From contig MU006105.1 of the NCBI GenBank assembly GCA_010093705.1, positions 115,750 to 161,994 of the forward strand: a stretch of DNA of 46,245 bases, given 5' to 3'. Under the pieces are notes generated by a model. That model searched no databases. It had not been told where the DNA came from and saw nothing but the letters and a program-made list of their open reading frames with translations. The stretch's first letter is position 1, and the number at the start of each line of letters is the position of its first letter. Below, piece by piece: positions 12,016 through 24,251 of this stretch. The stretch is from Patellaria atrata CBS 101060 (Eukaryota). The translations under genes were made by a program, and so were the position numbers.

Positions 12016-12521
12016 GGTCGGTGTTTTGCGATGTTTGATAGCGGGGAATGTTAGGAAGATATAACGCCCGCAATATGTTTAAGTTAACGTCATTCGTGCC
12101 GTTGAGCCGTCTCAAAGTCCAAGGTAACCGTAAACCGAGTAATGAGTAGGGGGCTTTCAAACAGGGAAGAAGAAGGGAACAAAAGGGATTCTAGAAAACG
12201 ACGGCGTGGAAATTATATATGAGAGGCGTAAATTGTTCCAACGAAGCTTTTTAGGTATCCAAGAGCCAGAAGAGTACAAGTATAAGTAAAAGGTTAACGT
12301 GATGATCTGGGAACCACACGGGATCCCCTTGCTGGAGGTTAGCCGGGTATATTAACCTGGACTATCAGTAGTCGCGGACTGATCGATACCTTAGGGGATA
12401 AAATAAAGCTAGAAAGTGCGGGACCTTGGACCACCGAAAGGGAATATGAAAGGAAAAGAAAAAAAGCAGGATGAATATTGGGGTAACAGGGTCTAATGGA
12501 ATTAGTATGGTTAAGTGTATG

Positions 12522-12560
12522 GGGTATGGGTATGGGTATGGGTATGGGTATAGGTATGGG
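12522..12560 (+). repeat. (GGGTAT)n hexanucleotide microsatellite
   Basis: Five perfect GGGTAT units, then AGGTAT and GGG. Confidence 0.9.
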
Positions 12561-13858
12561 TTGTGGCTGTATGTACAGTACTGTACAGTATCACTACCGT
12601 ACTTATGGAGTATGGAATTCTAATCTGCTGTGTTAAAAGTTGCAAATTTGTCTGTCGGTGTCGGTGCGATCAGATCTCAATGATGAAACTCCATGTGCAG
12701 ACTGCAGACTGGAGAATTATCTTGAAAGATGGGGGCCTAGATGCTAAGCTACATAGCAGCCGCAACGATGCCTAAACCCAACCCTCGGCACAAGGTAAGG
12801 TTCATCTTATTCTTTACGAAGACTACGATGCAACAAAAAGAGCTCCTAAAGAACCTTATTTGGAGTGTTGTCCTATAAACCCTGCAGTGACTCGTCCGAT
12901 GTCATGGTTGAGTATTGGTAGAATCTAATAACTGTCCATTGATATCACTCCGTTTTCCGCTCGCGCAATTCTTTTCGCTGTACGGAGTAATTCATACTCT
13001 CTATCCTATCCGTCATCCTAGAGCACGTCTTATTAATGGATAGTATTAACCTGGTTTTGCTTTGATTGTTTCCTTCGCACCCTGAGTGATATGATTGCTT
13101 CGATTGATGATGTTAAACAGGGGCAGTGGGGGAAATAGAGAAAGTATAGAATACAACGATCTCTGGTGGTCTGAGATTAGAGTATGATGTCCCGCTCCGG
13201 CGAGTCGTCGCTCGCGCCAGAATATTTCTAATGAATTAGTAGCAGAAGCCAGAAGCCAGAAGCCCTTATGGAAAACCCCACAATCCTGGGACGGTTGGTA
13301 ATCCCAGCAGTTGGGATCGAAATGGTGACCAACAAGGATTATTTGAAAGCAAAAAGACGCCCGTAATCTCATAGTCTCACATACGTAGATGCTGGCATGC
13401 TGCTACAGCCTAGGTACAGTATGCATGATGTTCTGCCAGTTTCTGTGCTAAAGAACGCTCTGGGAAGATCTCCTTTGCAGCGGAGCCAAAACATCCTGGA
13501 TGAATATCGAAGGAGTACTCATGTACGGTAAAGTTAGGCTGAGTGGCTGGACGCGGGTAGACTTTTTGCTTCTACAGTACATTTGTACGGAGGTCGGAGG
13601 ATGTATGTATGGTGGAATGATGGTTGATGAGAAGCAATGCGTGCTGCAACCCCCCCTCTTTCAAGCCTAAACATACGGGAACTGGTTAGGGGTTGTCCAT
13701 AAAAGGCATCGTACTACGAGCGTACTGCATAAAGTCAACGAATTGATCCGTAGGTAAGATATCCTGATGCCATAATGAAATATTACAATTTACAAGATAC
13801 TATCTTCGGTCGGTATGTCTTCGGGTCAAAATCGTCACCCAGCCAAATTTTCTTCCAT

Positions 13859-13974
13859 GGCAAGATGGCCGAGCGGTTAAGGCGCCAGACTCAAGTTTAT
13901 CTGTGAACTTCTTCCTTACTGGGTCGATCATTCTGGTCTCGAAAGAGGCGTGGGTTCAAGTCCCACTCTTGTCA
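13859..13974 (+). tRNA. tRNA-Leu(CAA), intron ~13896-13930
   Basis: Acceptor stem GGCAAGA/TCTTGTC, A-box TGGCCGAGCGG, anticodon arm CCAGA-CTCAAG...TCTGG, long variable arm, T-loop GGTTCAAGTCC, downstream T-run. Confidence 0.95.
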
Positions 13975-14052
13975 GCATTAACTTTTTGCCGTTTTTTGTT
14001 ATTATTTTATAAAAGAGATCAATATCACACTCAAAGTCAACCCTACTATTAC

Positions 14053-14150
14053 GGCAAGATGGCCGAGCGGTTAAGGCGCCAGATTTAAGTATACTTAAAT
14101 GCTTCTCCCTGGTCTCGAGAGAGTCGTGGGTTCAAATCCCACTCTTGTCA
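14053..14150 (+). tRNA. tRNA-Leu(TAA), intron ~14090-14106
   Basis: Body nearly identical to the upstream tRNA; anticodon arm CCAGA-TTTAAG...CCTGG (A-C mismatch at the last pair), GGTTCAAATCC, downstream T-runs. Confidence 0.9.
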
Positions 14151-17100
14151 ATATCCTTTTGCAATTTTTGTTGTTGAAATACGGTAAGGCTTTTTTTTCT
14201 TTTGTTAGTTCACCCCACATAGTTCTACATACATATATACGAAGTACACATAGAATTAGTTATACACAAATTCGGGAGCTCATCACAGTCACAGTCTAAT
14301 GAAGCACAAGATGAGATGGGTTTCAAGACAAGAATGGTATGAATGTTCGTATCAATACCCTGGACTCTGAGAACAATTCATATCTCGTATCAAAAGCTAT
14401 GCCGCCGGAGTTTAACAATTGCGTGAAACCCGCTTTTGGCGTCAAGTCTAAGACGGGGTCATCCATGGGGTTACTGATCAGTTCTGAGTTCTGACACATC
14501 TCCGATGCACGAACGGCGCCAACACTATAACTTTGGGGACGGCGACCATCCGCCTGGAAAAGTATGTCTTTGATTCCACCAGGCGCCAGAACGGCGTGAA
14601 CGGCTACTGCAACGGCCGAGGATCCGAAAAATAATAGAATAAAAACTCGTTATTCATTCCTACAATAGGATTCGATCGCTGTGGTACTAGCGGCTTCCCG
14701 CGATATTGTTCCTAGTAAAAAATTCCTTCTGTTGTCCCTCAAGACTCTCCAAAGTTAACCATAGTAGTACCGTGAGTACGGAGTATTCACCAAAAACCAA
14801 CCACAGATGGTGAAGAGTCCAGGGCCGCGAGGGTGCATGGCGCTTGCATATCAACTTGCGCATTTATCGTTGGTTGTTTCGCTCTCTCCGTAGGTAGAGA
14901 TAGAGACCTCTTTACAAATGCAGAATTGCTGGAAGCTAGACTGGTTCCTACACATGGGCGCATACGCAAGCCCTTTAGTTCTAACCATTTTCATTATCGC
15001 AAGGCTGATTTGAGAGGCGGGATATGCAGTATAATTTACGAATCTCCAAATCGTAACTGCGCGGGTGAGAAAACCGCATGATAACTTGGATCACAGCCAA
15101 TGGAGTTCTTATGAACCAAGAGAGAACTGCTAGATATTGACGAATAAGGTAACCAAATAACATTTATCGTATATCAGATTCATAGCTGCCGTCTGACATA
15201 TATATGTCTTCTATAGCGCTTAAATTGCTCATGTTGAGTGAGAGGTATACTCATCCTATCGCGGAGGTTATGTGAAGTCAGAACGTAACCGTCGCATCTA
15301 CTGTATGACTCTCTGTACACTTCTGTCAGAGCCTTTTGCTTTTCATCCCTGAGGGATTCGTTGAATATCGTAACGGCCGTCCATGCTTTCCCGTCATAAT
15401 CTGCAGTAGTCTATAAACGCCACGGTGGTCGGTGAATGAGGCAATATGGTAGCTAACGAAAGAGACAAGATTTACGACGAAGGCAAGGTCAAGCGCTGAT
15501 GCAGTGATGCTGCGTGCCTGGATCATGGCTGGGACAATTGGGATCAAGTGGATCCTATCATCCGGGGTGACTTTACCTACAAGTATGGAAGGGCTCTTTC
15601 CGGGCGGTTGTACTTTTCTACAATACAGTATCAGCACTGACCTTAACATCTGTGCCGCTGAATACAGTATCCCAAATGCTCAGTGGTGGAGATGTTGAGA
15701 AGAAGACATGATGTTGTACGTCATGGGCGGTTTATGTGCTGTGTCCAACCTAATTCGACTCGGTGGACAAAGCACTACAACGCCTATACCTGCTATGATT
15801 TGACGCCGATCCCTTGTAAATGGATATCGTTCGACTATCCAGGATTTCTGAGGAGATATTGAAAATAGGACAATAATAACAACAAATCGCATTACCGCCA
15901 CTTATTCTGCCCTGCTTTGAAATAATGTAAAGCGATTCACCTTACTTTAAATCCATGACGCAGGTGAGCACCACCACAACAAACTCCTTCTGTCTCTTCT
16001 CTGCAATGAAAAAAAAAGGTAACCCTGCTTGAAAACACCCAAAGGTGCAGCACCCCTAGCAAGCCACATATCACCATCTTTTCCCGGAGAATTACAGTAG
16101 TCGTGGGATTGTGGTGGCATGACAACTGGCATTTCCTAGAACTAAATTCATGATGAATGAAACGCAAGAAATGGTGAAAACGGTGAGAGAATGGCCCTTG
16201 TGAGACTGTCACGACTGTCTGCTAGAACTACGCTTGCTTATTATTATTAGCGGCTTCGAAATTCAAACCTAGTTCTGACTTATCGTCTCCAACGGTATCT
16301 CCCATATCCCATGCATTTCAAGGTCCAATGGCTTTCGTACCGTGACAATGGTCACTTCCACGTGCTCTTGCCTCTAACTATGCTGTTAATTGACTTCTCG
16401 CCGTAGACCGTACCCCTTCTGAATATTTGAAATGGTTCTGAAATAGTAACATGTCCGCTAGGAATTCTGTAGAATGGAGATCTTCCTCCGATATAGCTCT
16501 AGGTTGTGAGATAAGATATCTTACATACCGTAGTTATGGCTAGCTTGTTCTCAGCAGACTGTTCCACAACTTCTACGGTAAAAACTAACGTACAGATTGA
16601 TGTGTACGTTCACTCTCGATCGAGTGCGGATTGCGACAACCTACCTTTATGATCGATTAAGAGATTTCTTCTGCCGGTGCAACACATTCATCCAATCCAT
16701 AATGGCGCGCTCGGATTGACGGGAGCTGCCTTCCATGACTTGTGCTGCCGTCTGCCGTTAATGCGTCGTAGACTCACTACTGTACGTTCAGACTCAACAG
16801 CCGAAAGCCCGACGCAGATCAATAAAGATCATCCGGATCTTCGGTGCCTTAATATTCGACGCTGCATATTGCAGCAATAATAAATAGCGACGGAGGTGGC
16901 GAATGGTGGAATGGGTGAGCCGGAATATATTTGTGGGATGTAACATGTACTGTATGTACTGTAACTTATGTAGGCATGTGGCGCTGTTGGGGAAGACAGA
17001 CGTAGGACAATTTTTGGTCAATGCGCTTCTAGAAGAGCAAATTTGACAATAATAGCAATCAATGCGTCGAGACTTCGACTAGAACGAGTTCGTCCGAGGC

Positions 17101-17761
17101 CGACTGTTGTTTCAGCAGCTTCAACCAGTTCAACAGCTCTTGGAGCTCCCACACTCATTGGTATCGTTCTCGGAATAATAAAGAAGGCAGAGGTCAAGGG
17201 TTTAAAGTATGGTAATAAGTAATCAGGGCATCGGGCACCCAATTTTCATTAGCATCATTCTTACGGTCTGAACCGAAGAAAGCCATTCAAACCAGAGTCA
17301 GAATTAATCGTGAAAGAGAATTCGTCAAGGTCGTCCACCAGATGCCCCAAAGCCCTTCAAGGCCGTCCTAAGTCGACATAGTACCGAACGTAGCCCAGCC
17401 CTGAGCCCCTGACACCAAACAACACCCCTACTTGAGAATAAGACGCCGTTGAACCTTCCTAATCCCCTTCGTCGCTAATTGATCTGATCCTAGTCCCTAA
17501 CGCCTCGAATTGCATGAGAAAACAGCTGGGTAATTGGAAGTCTTGTAAAGAAGAGGGTATGAGAAAAGTGTATGGGTAGATATCGGAAAGACCTGAGTGT
17601 GTAACCGGAAGGAGAAGAAAGAGAAGGATGTAGCTCAATGAAATTTTCGTCGTAGGGGGAATGCATTACAATTGATTATCAGAAGCCGGGGGAGTACTCG
17701 CGACCAAGCTACTATGGATGATCTCTGATGAGTTATCGCTCCCAATGGCAACGGGTAGCTT

Positions 17762-19927
17762 TCAGCTCGCGAGATCGGAATCCGGAGTCGCAGGTACAAA
17801 TAGAGAATTAGAGTCAGAATCTTGTGTGTGGGTTGTAGTCTTTTCGTCAACTCCCTGGCCTCTACACAGAGGGCAGGAATTACGGCCGGTGGTTAACCAC
17901 TAGAAGTTGGTTAGTCGGAGTGTAAACAAAGTGAGTGAGGTTCAACTGACCTGATCGATGCATTCCCTATGGAAAAGATGGTTGCAGTTCACGAGTAATC
18001 TAGCTTCCTCTCCGGCCTCGTAATCACAAAGACAGACTCTACAACGGTCATCGGCAACTAGCGGTAGCACTGCGGAGCCATCAACTTCAATGGCTGACAG
18101 ACCTGGAGTTCCATTCTCAGCGGCCCGAATGACGTATAAGCCAGGAGCTGACGCAACATCTGCTTCGCTGGCAACGGGAGGTTTCGCAGGTCCTAATAAG
18201 GTGGAGAGTAAAATCATGTCTTCATAAGAAGGTGAATCCGTGAAAAGGCTGGGAGTGGTAAGAAGTGGGTGATTCTCCGGGTATGTCCCTCCTAAAACAT
18301 AAATAATCCAGCTTCGAGAACCTTCAGCAGGAGCGTTGTCAGGTTCAACAACTCCATTTCTACGCGATGATCCCGAACCAAAACGCGTGAAATCTGATTC
18401 ACTCATGCGACGTTGACGGGCAGTACGTGGTCGAGGTGTTGGTTCCTCAGCTGTCGATTCCAAACCAGAGCCTGTCGCACGCCGGATAAAGCTGCCACGT
18501 CGTGATGGAGTACTCGAACCTATACCCATAGTAGATGGAGTGTGCGAAGTAGTTGGTGTTGTGTTTCCGGAAGAAAATGCGGACAGACCAGAACTAGCAG
18601 GCGTGGATGGTGGTGGGCGCGGGCCAGATGGTGTTTCTGGCACTGTTGACCAAGGGCGTGGTCGCTCGGGGGAACGATGATGTCGTTGGCTATCATAGTT
18701 CGAGGGGAAGTTATGCAAACCTCCCATAGACGCTCGTCGTCGATGACTGAATCGATGAGGCTGTCTTAAGTTGCCATCTACATTCGATTCACTAGGAACT
18801 GCTAGTGGTGTCGGAAAGCCCGATAGAGCCTCGAGAAATGGTGGAATGTTGTTATCGTCTTGAGAGGGCCCGTTTCCTTGATTGATTGAACGAATTCCAA
18901 CGATTATAATTGGTACCATTCGACCTTCCGCATCTTCACCATTATTATTTTCTCCATCAGAATTTGCATCCAAGCTACTTTGACGGCTGGATGCCTGGTG
19001 AGCTCGTTCCGAACGTCTATGGGAGTGGCTTGATCCAAAGCGAAACATTCTGAAAAAGTTCATCGGTCCGGCTAGAGCATCAGAAGAACCCTCCCCATTT
19101 TCCGTATCGTTTGCATTTTGACCCAAGGCAGAAGCAATCTGACCGTTCTGAAGTGAAGCGAGAAAACTTTGAAAAGTTCCATCGTCACCATCTCCGTTTG
19201 TATTACGTGTTTCCGTTAAGGCGCGATGATCTCCACCCATGAGTGAAGCAGCTGTTGCCGCGGCAGCGACGGATAGAAGACGAGATAGCATAACTGCTTG
19301 ATCCTCTCCCGCGAGAGGGGAGCGTCTGCGTCGTAGAGAACTCGTCATATTACGGATACCCCGATCCGGCCGTAACGACCACCTATCACTTAATGTTGAT
19401 CTAGCAGCATTTCGTATACTCTCTTGTCTAGTATTCGTCGTTCTAGTAGGAGGTAAAGTCTCTAGGGACGATGTCAACTCGTCAAAGTCCAGGTCCAAGC
19501 CTATATCAGGGACTTGTAAATGTGGCAAGAGATAACCTGATCCATCGCTACGGGTATGTCTCGGAGCCGGTCGGGAAGATCTAGGAGAGGAGAATGGAAG
19601 GAGGGAGGGAGAATCATCGTCGTCACGGCTTGTAGCGCGACGTGAACCGTGGCGGGAGAAGATTGTTGGTATCGATGTGAGGGTAGTTCGCGCGCGGTTC
19701 AGGCGCGACCTTCGTCTAACAAGACCAGAGGTAGATTCAGACGATCCCGCATCTGATATATTTTGAGAAAGACGTGAAAACGGACTCAGACTTAAAGGTC
19801 GAGGGCGAGAAGTAGGCTGAGAGTCTGACGATGGACTGTTACCGCCAGGGCTGACGGATGTTGGCCGGACCAGTTCCCTTAATCTGTCGGAGGACGGCGT
19901 CGATGTGCGCGAGCTACTCTGGCCCAT
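17762..19927 (-). CDS. RING-H2 finger E3 ubiquitin ligase with long Ser/Pro/Arg-rich disordered N-terminus
   Basis: CRVCLCDYE...CNHLFHRECIDQ, intron 17950-17900 (GTCAGT...TAG), then WLTTGRNSCPLCR; stop TGA at 17764-17762. Likely start is MGQSSSR at 19927. Confidence 0.9.
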
Positions 19928-20496
19928 GATCGAGAAGAAGATTGTAGGAGGAAAAAATAAAAGGAAGAGGAAAAGAGTGAGATGGTGGAATAGGTCGGAA
20001 AAGGGTAGGACTGGGGTGTGGATGACGGTGGTGATGAGGTGAGTTGAGACGAGAGAAGGCTGCCGATCGCGAAAGCAACTCTCAGTCTCAGCGCCCACCA
20101 CGAACTTGTATCTGTTGTAGAGATAAGTTTCAGCTAGATATAAGTAGTCCACCTCAAACAATTACTCCGTTATATCCTTCATTTGCTTTCCTCACTTTTG
20201 CACTTGATACTGAGCGTGAGACGAAGAGTGTACTAAAAACCAAGGTGAGGTAGAGAAGGGCACTACTGAGGTACAGCACCTTTTGTACCTAGTGGGTAGA
20301 CCATACGGTAATGTTTCATTAGAAGTCTTCACGAGTACCTTGGTAGGACATGAAGTACTGTAAATAGTACTCTGCCTTATTATCTCTTTTGTCCACTGCT
20401 CAGAAATCCTTCACCGATATCTAAACTTATCTCTTGTTCATAATCTTCAAATACTCTAATTTCTGGTCATAGGCAACACATTACGAAGCAAACATC

Positions 20497-21780
20497 ATGG
20501 CATATATCTTCGCTCCGCCGTTAGCGTCAGGTCAAGGTGCGCAAACATCTGAACCTGGCCGATCATATCCTAAGAGTAGGAAACGCAAAAGAACTCATTT
20601 GGATCTCTCGGATTCTGACGAAAATGATACCCACTTCACCGATGGACACAGTATCAGCGGAAGATCCAGTGCACAATCAACGATATCTGCTTTCACTACT
20701 CTTTCTGCTGATGTAGCAAAGCAATATCGCACTGCCGGTCACGATCCTGATGAGAACGATGTACCCGCCACCCCATTTCCACACAAAGCTTTACCAGACA
20801 ATGACGAGATATCTGGACCTAGAGATGTCACTAATGCACTAGCCAATCTGAATCCACCTTTTTTCGTAGTGCAAGACCCTTCATACAGTACCCATAATGT
20901 CGGCCAAAAGCAACGACATTTAGAGCAGATGACAAGTATAATGCACCATTGTCTTCTCATAGGTGATTACCAACGTGCTGGAAAAGCTTGGGGAATGATT
21001 CTCAGAACTCAAGTTCTAGGTAGGGGGATTGATGTGCGCGTTCAAGACAGATGGGGAATCGGTGCTGAAATTCTACTTCATACTACCAAATCCGCGGATG
21101 AACAAGGCTCAGGAACCTCCTCCTTATTTAGTGAAGAAGGGTTTCGGGCAGCAAGAGACTACTACGAACGTTTGATTCTTCAATATCCTATCCGTCATAC
21201 TCATCCGAACTCGACGAATTCGAGGGCCTTCTATCCGGCCATGTTTGGTCTATGGATTTATGAGATTTGCGAGTACGGTAAACGCGTACGGAAATACACC
21301 AATTCACAAAACCGGGTTTCATCACCGGAACATGATATAGGGTCTCATGATGCATTAGAAAGTGGTAGTGATACTTTTTTGGCCGACTCTGTATATAGGA
21401 GGAAACTTGAAAGACATAGAAGTGAAGAACTCAAAAGAGCACAGGAGGTTTCTGCAAGAATGGATGAGCTAATGACATCACCACCACACGATAGGAACCC
21501 AGATCTACTACAACTCAGGGGTATGGTTGCGCTGTGGATTGGAGACCTATACCTCACAGATGGTATCCCTACAGGAAGTAAGTCGTCAGCAGCCGAAAGT
21601 GAGAGCGAGTTGTTTTCAGATATCTCATCTACAGGAGGTAACAGCTTGAAAGACGCTCAAAAAATGAAAGAAAGTGAAGTGAACAGAGCCGTAGAATTCT
21701 TTCGACGCGTCCAAGAGAATGGTGGACGACTGTGGAGTGGGATAGACTTTGTGGTGGAAGGTGCCAACCTTCCCTCATAG
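20497..21780 (+). CDS. Probable RNA polymerase I core factor subunit, Rrn11-like
   Basis: 427-aa intronless ORF with NLS-like KSRKRKR; HLEQMTSIMHHCLLIGDYQRAGKAWGMILR...IDVRVQDRWGIGAEIL resembles the Rrn11 family block. Confidence 0.6.
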   Translation: MAYIFAPPLASGQGAQTSEPGRSYPKSRKRKRTHLDLSDSDENDTHFTDGHSISGRSSAQSTISAFTTLSADVAKQYRTAGHDPDENDVPATPFPHKALPDNDEISGPRDVTNALANLNPPFFVVQDPSYSTHNVGQKQRHLEQMTSIMHHCLLIGDYQRAGKAWGMILRTQVLGRGIDVRVQDRWGIGAEILLHTTKSADEQGSGTSSLFSEEGFRAARDYYERLILQYPIRHTHPNSTNSRAFYPAMFGLWIYEICEYGKRVRKYTNSQNRVSSPEHDIGSHDALESGSDTFLADSVYRRKLERHRSEELKRAQEVSARMDELMTSPPHDRNPDLLQLRGMVALWIGDLYLTDGIPTGSKSSAAESESELFSDISSTGGNSLKDAQKMKESEVNRAVEFFRRVQENGGRLWSGIDFVVEGANLPS

Positions 21781-22400
21781 AGAGCTAGATGATAGATTAT
21801 ATACCCTATATAAGTAACTCTACTATCTAAAACTTCCAATCACTTCGGTCGTTCTATTCTAGTCATTCGGAAGAAGTGAGGAACAGTTAATGAACTTGAT
21901 GGTTTGTATCTTGAGGACAGTTACGGCCCATTTTGGTATTATCGCGTTTAGTCAACGTACGATAATGCGTGTATTAAATTCGCAAACACTTATATCATTT
22001 TGTCATGTCGTTTTGATACGGTGAGGCCTGCGAGACATTTTCTGGAATTTGGATACCATTTGTACCTTCCACCCCCGCCTCTCCTCAGGGTAGTTTCAAG
22101 GGTGGAACTGGGCTTGACACTCCTTGGCCCGCTGGTGGAGGAGAGGAGCTTTGACAATAAGGTATTCTCCCTGCTACCTCGAATGAATCTACTAGCCTTC
22201 CTAACTTAACTGACTACCTTCGACTAGAACTTGTGGATCACACTCACACTCCTTTCATCTCACTTTCCAATTGCTCTTTACCATTTCCCTATAGCTGCTA
22301 CAGCAAAACTTTTCATCAATTAGCTAATTGAGCACCTCGCGCATCAACAATTCTCTATCCATGAGCGTAAACCGGCGCACAACTTTTTCGAAAATGAGAT

Positions 22401-23386
22401 ATGGCAGAACCACAGGTTGAAATCGACGCACCTACAGATGACATTCCTACCGGCGACATACACATGGGCGAAGGTGGTGATCCTGCATCAGGGGAGGAAT
22501 TCTCACTTGATGGTGAACCCGAGACTACCGCAAGGGTTACTTTCTTGGAGTACGTAGACTTTGCGCAAGCTGTCATTGATATGCCCGAGCTACGAAGCAA
22601 ACCATGGTACGTATTCCATTAGATCCATACGCTGATTTTGCTCCAGTTATCTTCGTTCCCCTATCGTCGAGCTTGTAGTAGGCAACGGCCCCTCCCAAAC
22701 CGTCCTCGCGGCGCATCAAGCTCTCCTCACCAAATCACCTTATTTCGATGGATTTATTTCAAAGTTCACAGAAGGTTCTGTATGTTTCACCTGGCATCTA
22801 ATCATTTCATCCCCTTGAAACCTCTAACCTTTTTTAGCCCCGTCGCATATACCTCCCCGACGAAGACATCGACGCGACTGGCTCACTCCTCGAATATCTC
22901 TACTACAACGAATACTTTCCAAAGCGTTTGGGTGACAGCAAAGACGGGCCTCTTGAAATTGACCCTACAATTCTAGTTCCGGACAATGACGGCGTCGCCC
23001 TTCTCAAACACGCCAGGGTATACACCATTGCAGACAAGTTCGGGCTACCGGCACTCAAGTCTCTCGCTCATTCTAAGATCCACCGTACCACATCAACTGC
23101 GCGTGGAGAGATCGCATATGCCAGATTCGTCTATAAGGAGACTAGCAGAGAGGATCTGACGATCAGGAGGCCGGTTGCGGCTTTCTGGGCGACGAGGAGT
23201 CATGTCCTTAGACATGAGGCTGAAGATGAGTTCCGTGCAATGTGTTTGGAGTTCCCACAATTCGGCTTTGATATCTTGAGCTTGGTGCTCGATCAGAAGG
23301 AGAAGAGGAGTGAGGCTGCAGGTCCATCGACACATGGCGAAGCGCCTAAGTCCGGGCGGAAGAGGGCGAGGGTTAGTCAAGGTTGA
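22401..23386 (+). CDS. BTB/POZ domain protein
   Basis: Spliced through two introns (GTACGT ~22550, GTATGT ~22780): YLRSPIVELVVG...LAAHQALLTKSPYF...IYLPDED...LEYLY, then LLKHARVYTIADKFGLPALKSLA; C-terminal NLS-like RKRAR. Confidence 0.85.
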
Positions 23387-24251
23387 AAAAGGAATGAATG
23401 TTTCCGCGAGATACCTTTTCGGCCGCGACATTTGAACTATCCTTTGTTTAGGAAGTAATCTCATCGTTCACCATTTCTTGGAGTGAGGTCAGATATAGGG
23501 AGGGACGACTGGTGGTGGTTCTAGTTTTCGATCTACAAAATTTCAGGCGCAGGATGTACATTACCATATGGAAAGGGGCGTTTTGTGCCATTAATACTTT
23601 GAGAAATCTGTAGTATAGTTCTTTCGGCGCTGTATATTAGTCAAAATTTTATTGAGGTATATGGATCAAAAAATCCTTTCATTTATTGCTTTGAAGGTGT
23701 CTGTACTTTTTACAAGAAAATAAAGCCTGGTCATACATTTACCTTGACAAATTGACCCTTAAGATTATCGAATAGAGAATTGAGAATCCGAATCCGGGCG
23801 TGCGAAACTTGCTCCTCTGTAGTAACTTGCTATTTAAAACGCCAGAAGGGGCAACTATTGTTTATAACGGCGAGAAAACAAAAGGTTCCATTTGGATGTA
23901 TATACGGAGTATGTACGGTGAATCAAATGTTCAACAATCAAACATTTTGGATCGTACTAACATGTATCCAACGCCAGAATATCTTCCCGTTTAAAAATAG
24001 AGAACCGTAGTCTGTAGAAGAGTAGTTTACCTGTACAGCACTCTAGGAATTCTGAAGCCGTAAGTGATAGGGGTGTACATACAAAATCCATTACGTATTA
24101 TATGTACCGTGTGTGTAACTGGGAGCACCCATGATGCTCAGGATTAGTGGGTATCATGCTAAATCAGATGACTTCATCTGCACCTTTTCCATCTGAACTC
24201 CGCCTAATGCAAGATGGCAATAACTAAAGGAAATCCGAAGATGAGAGTGAA

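Noticed and set aside
13859..14083. 31-bp direct repeat resembling a CRISPR or att-type repeat
   Set aside because: It is the shared 5' half of two tRNA-Leu genes in a eukaryotic genome.
13903..14299. Short ORFs of 61 and 66 aa
   Set aside because: They overlap the two tRNA genes.
19928..20161. N-terminal 78 aa of the 739-aa RING ORF, including a hydrophobic stretch
   Set aside because: Starts at TTG and reads through pyrimidine-rich 5'UTR-like sequence; MGQSSS at 19927 is the better start.
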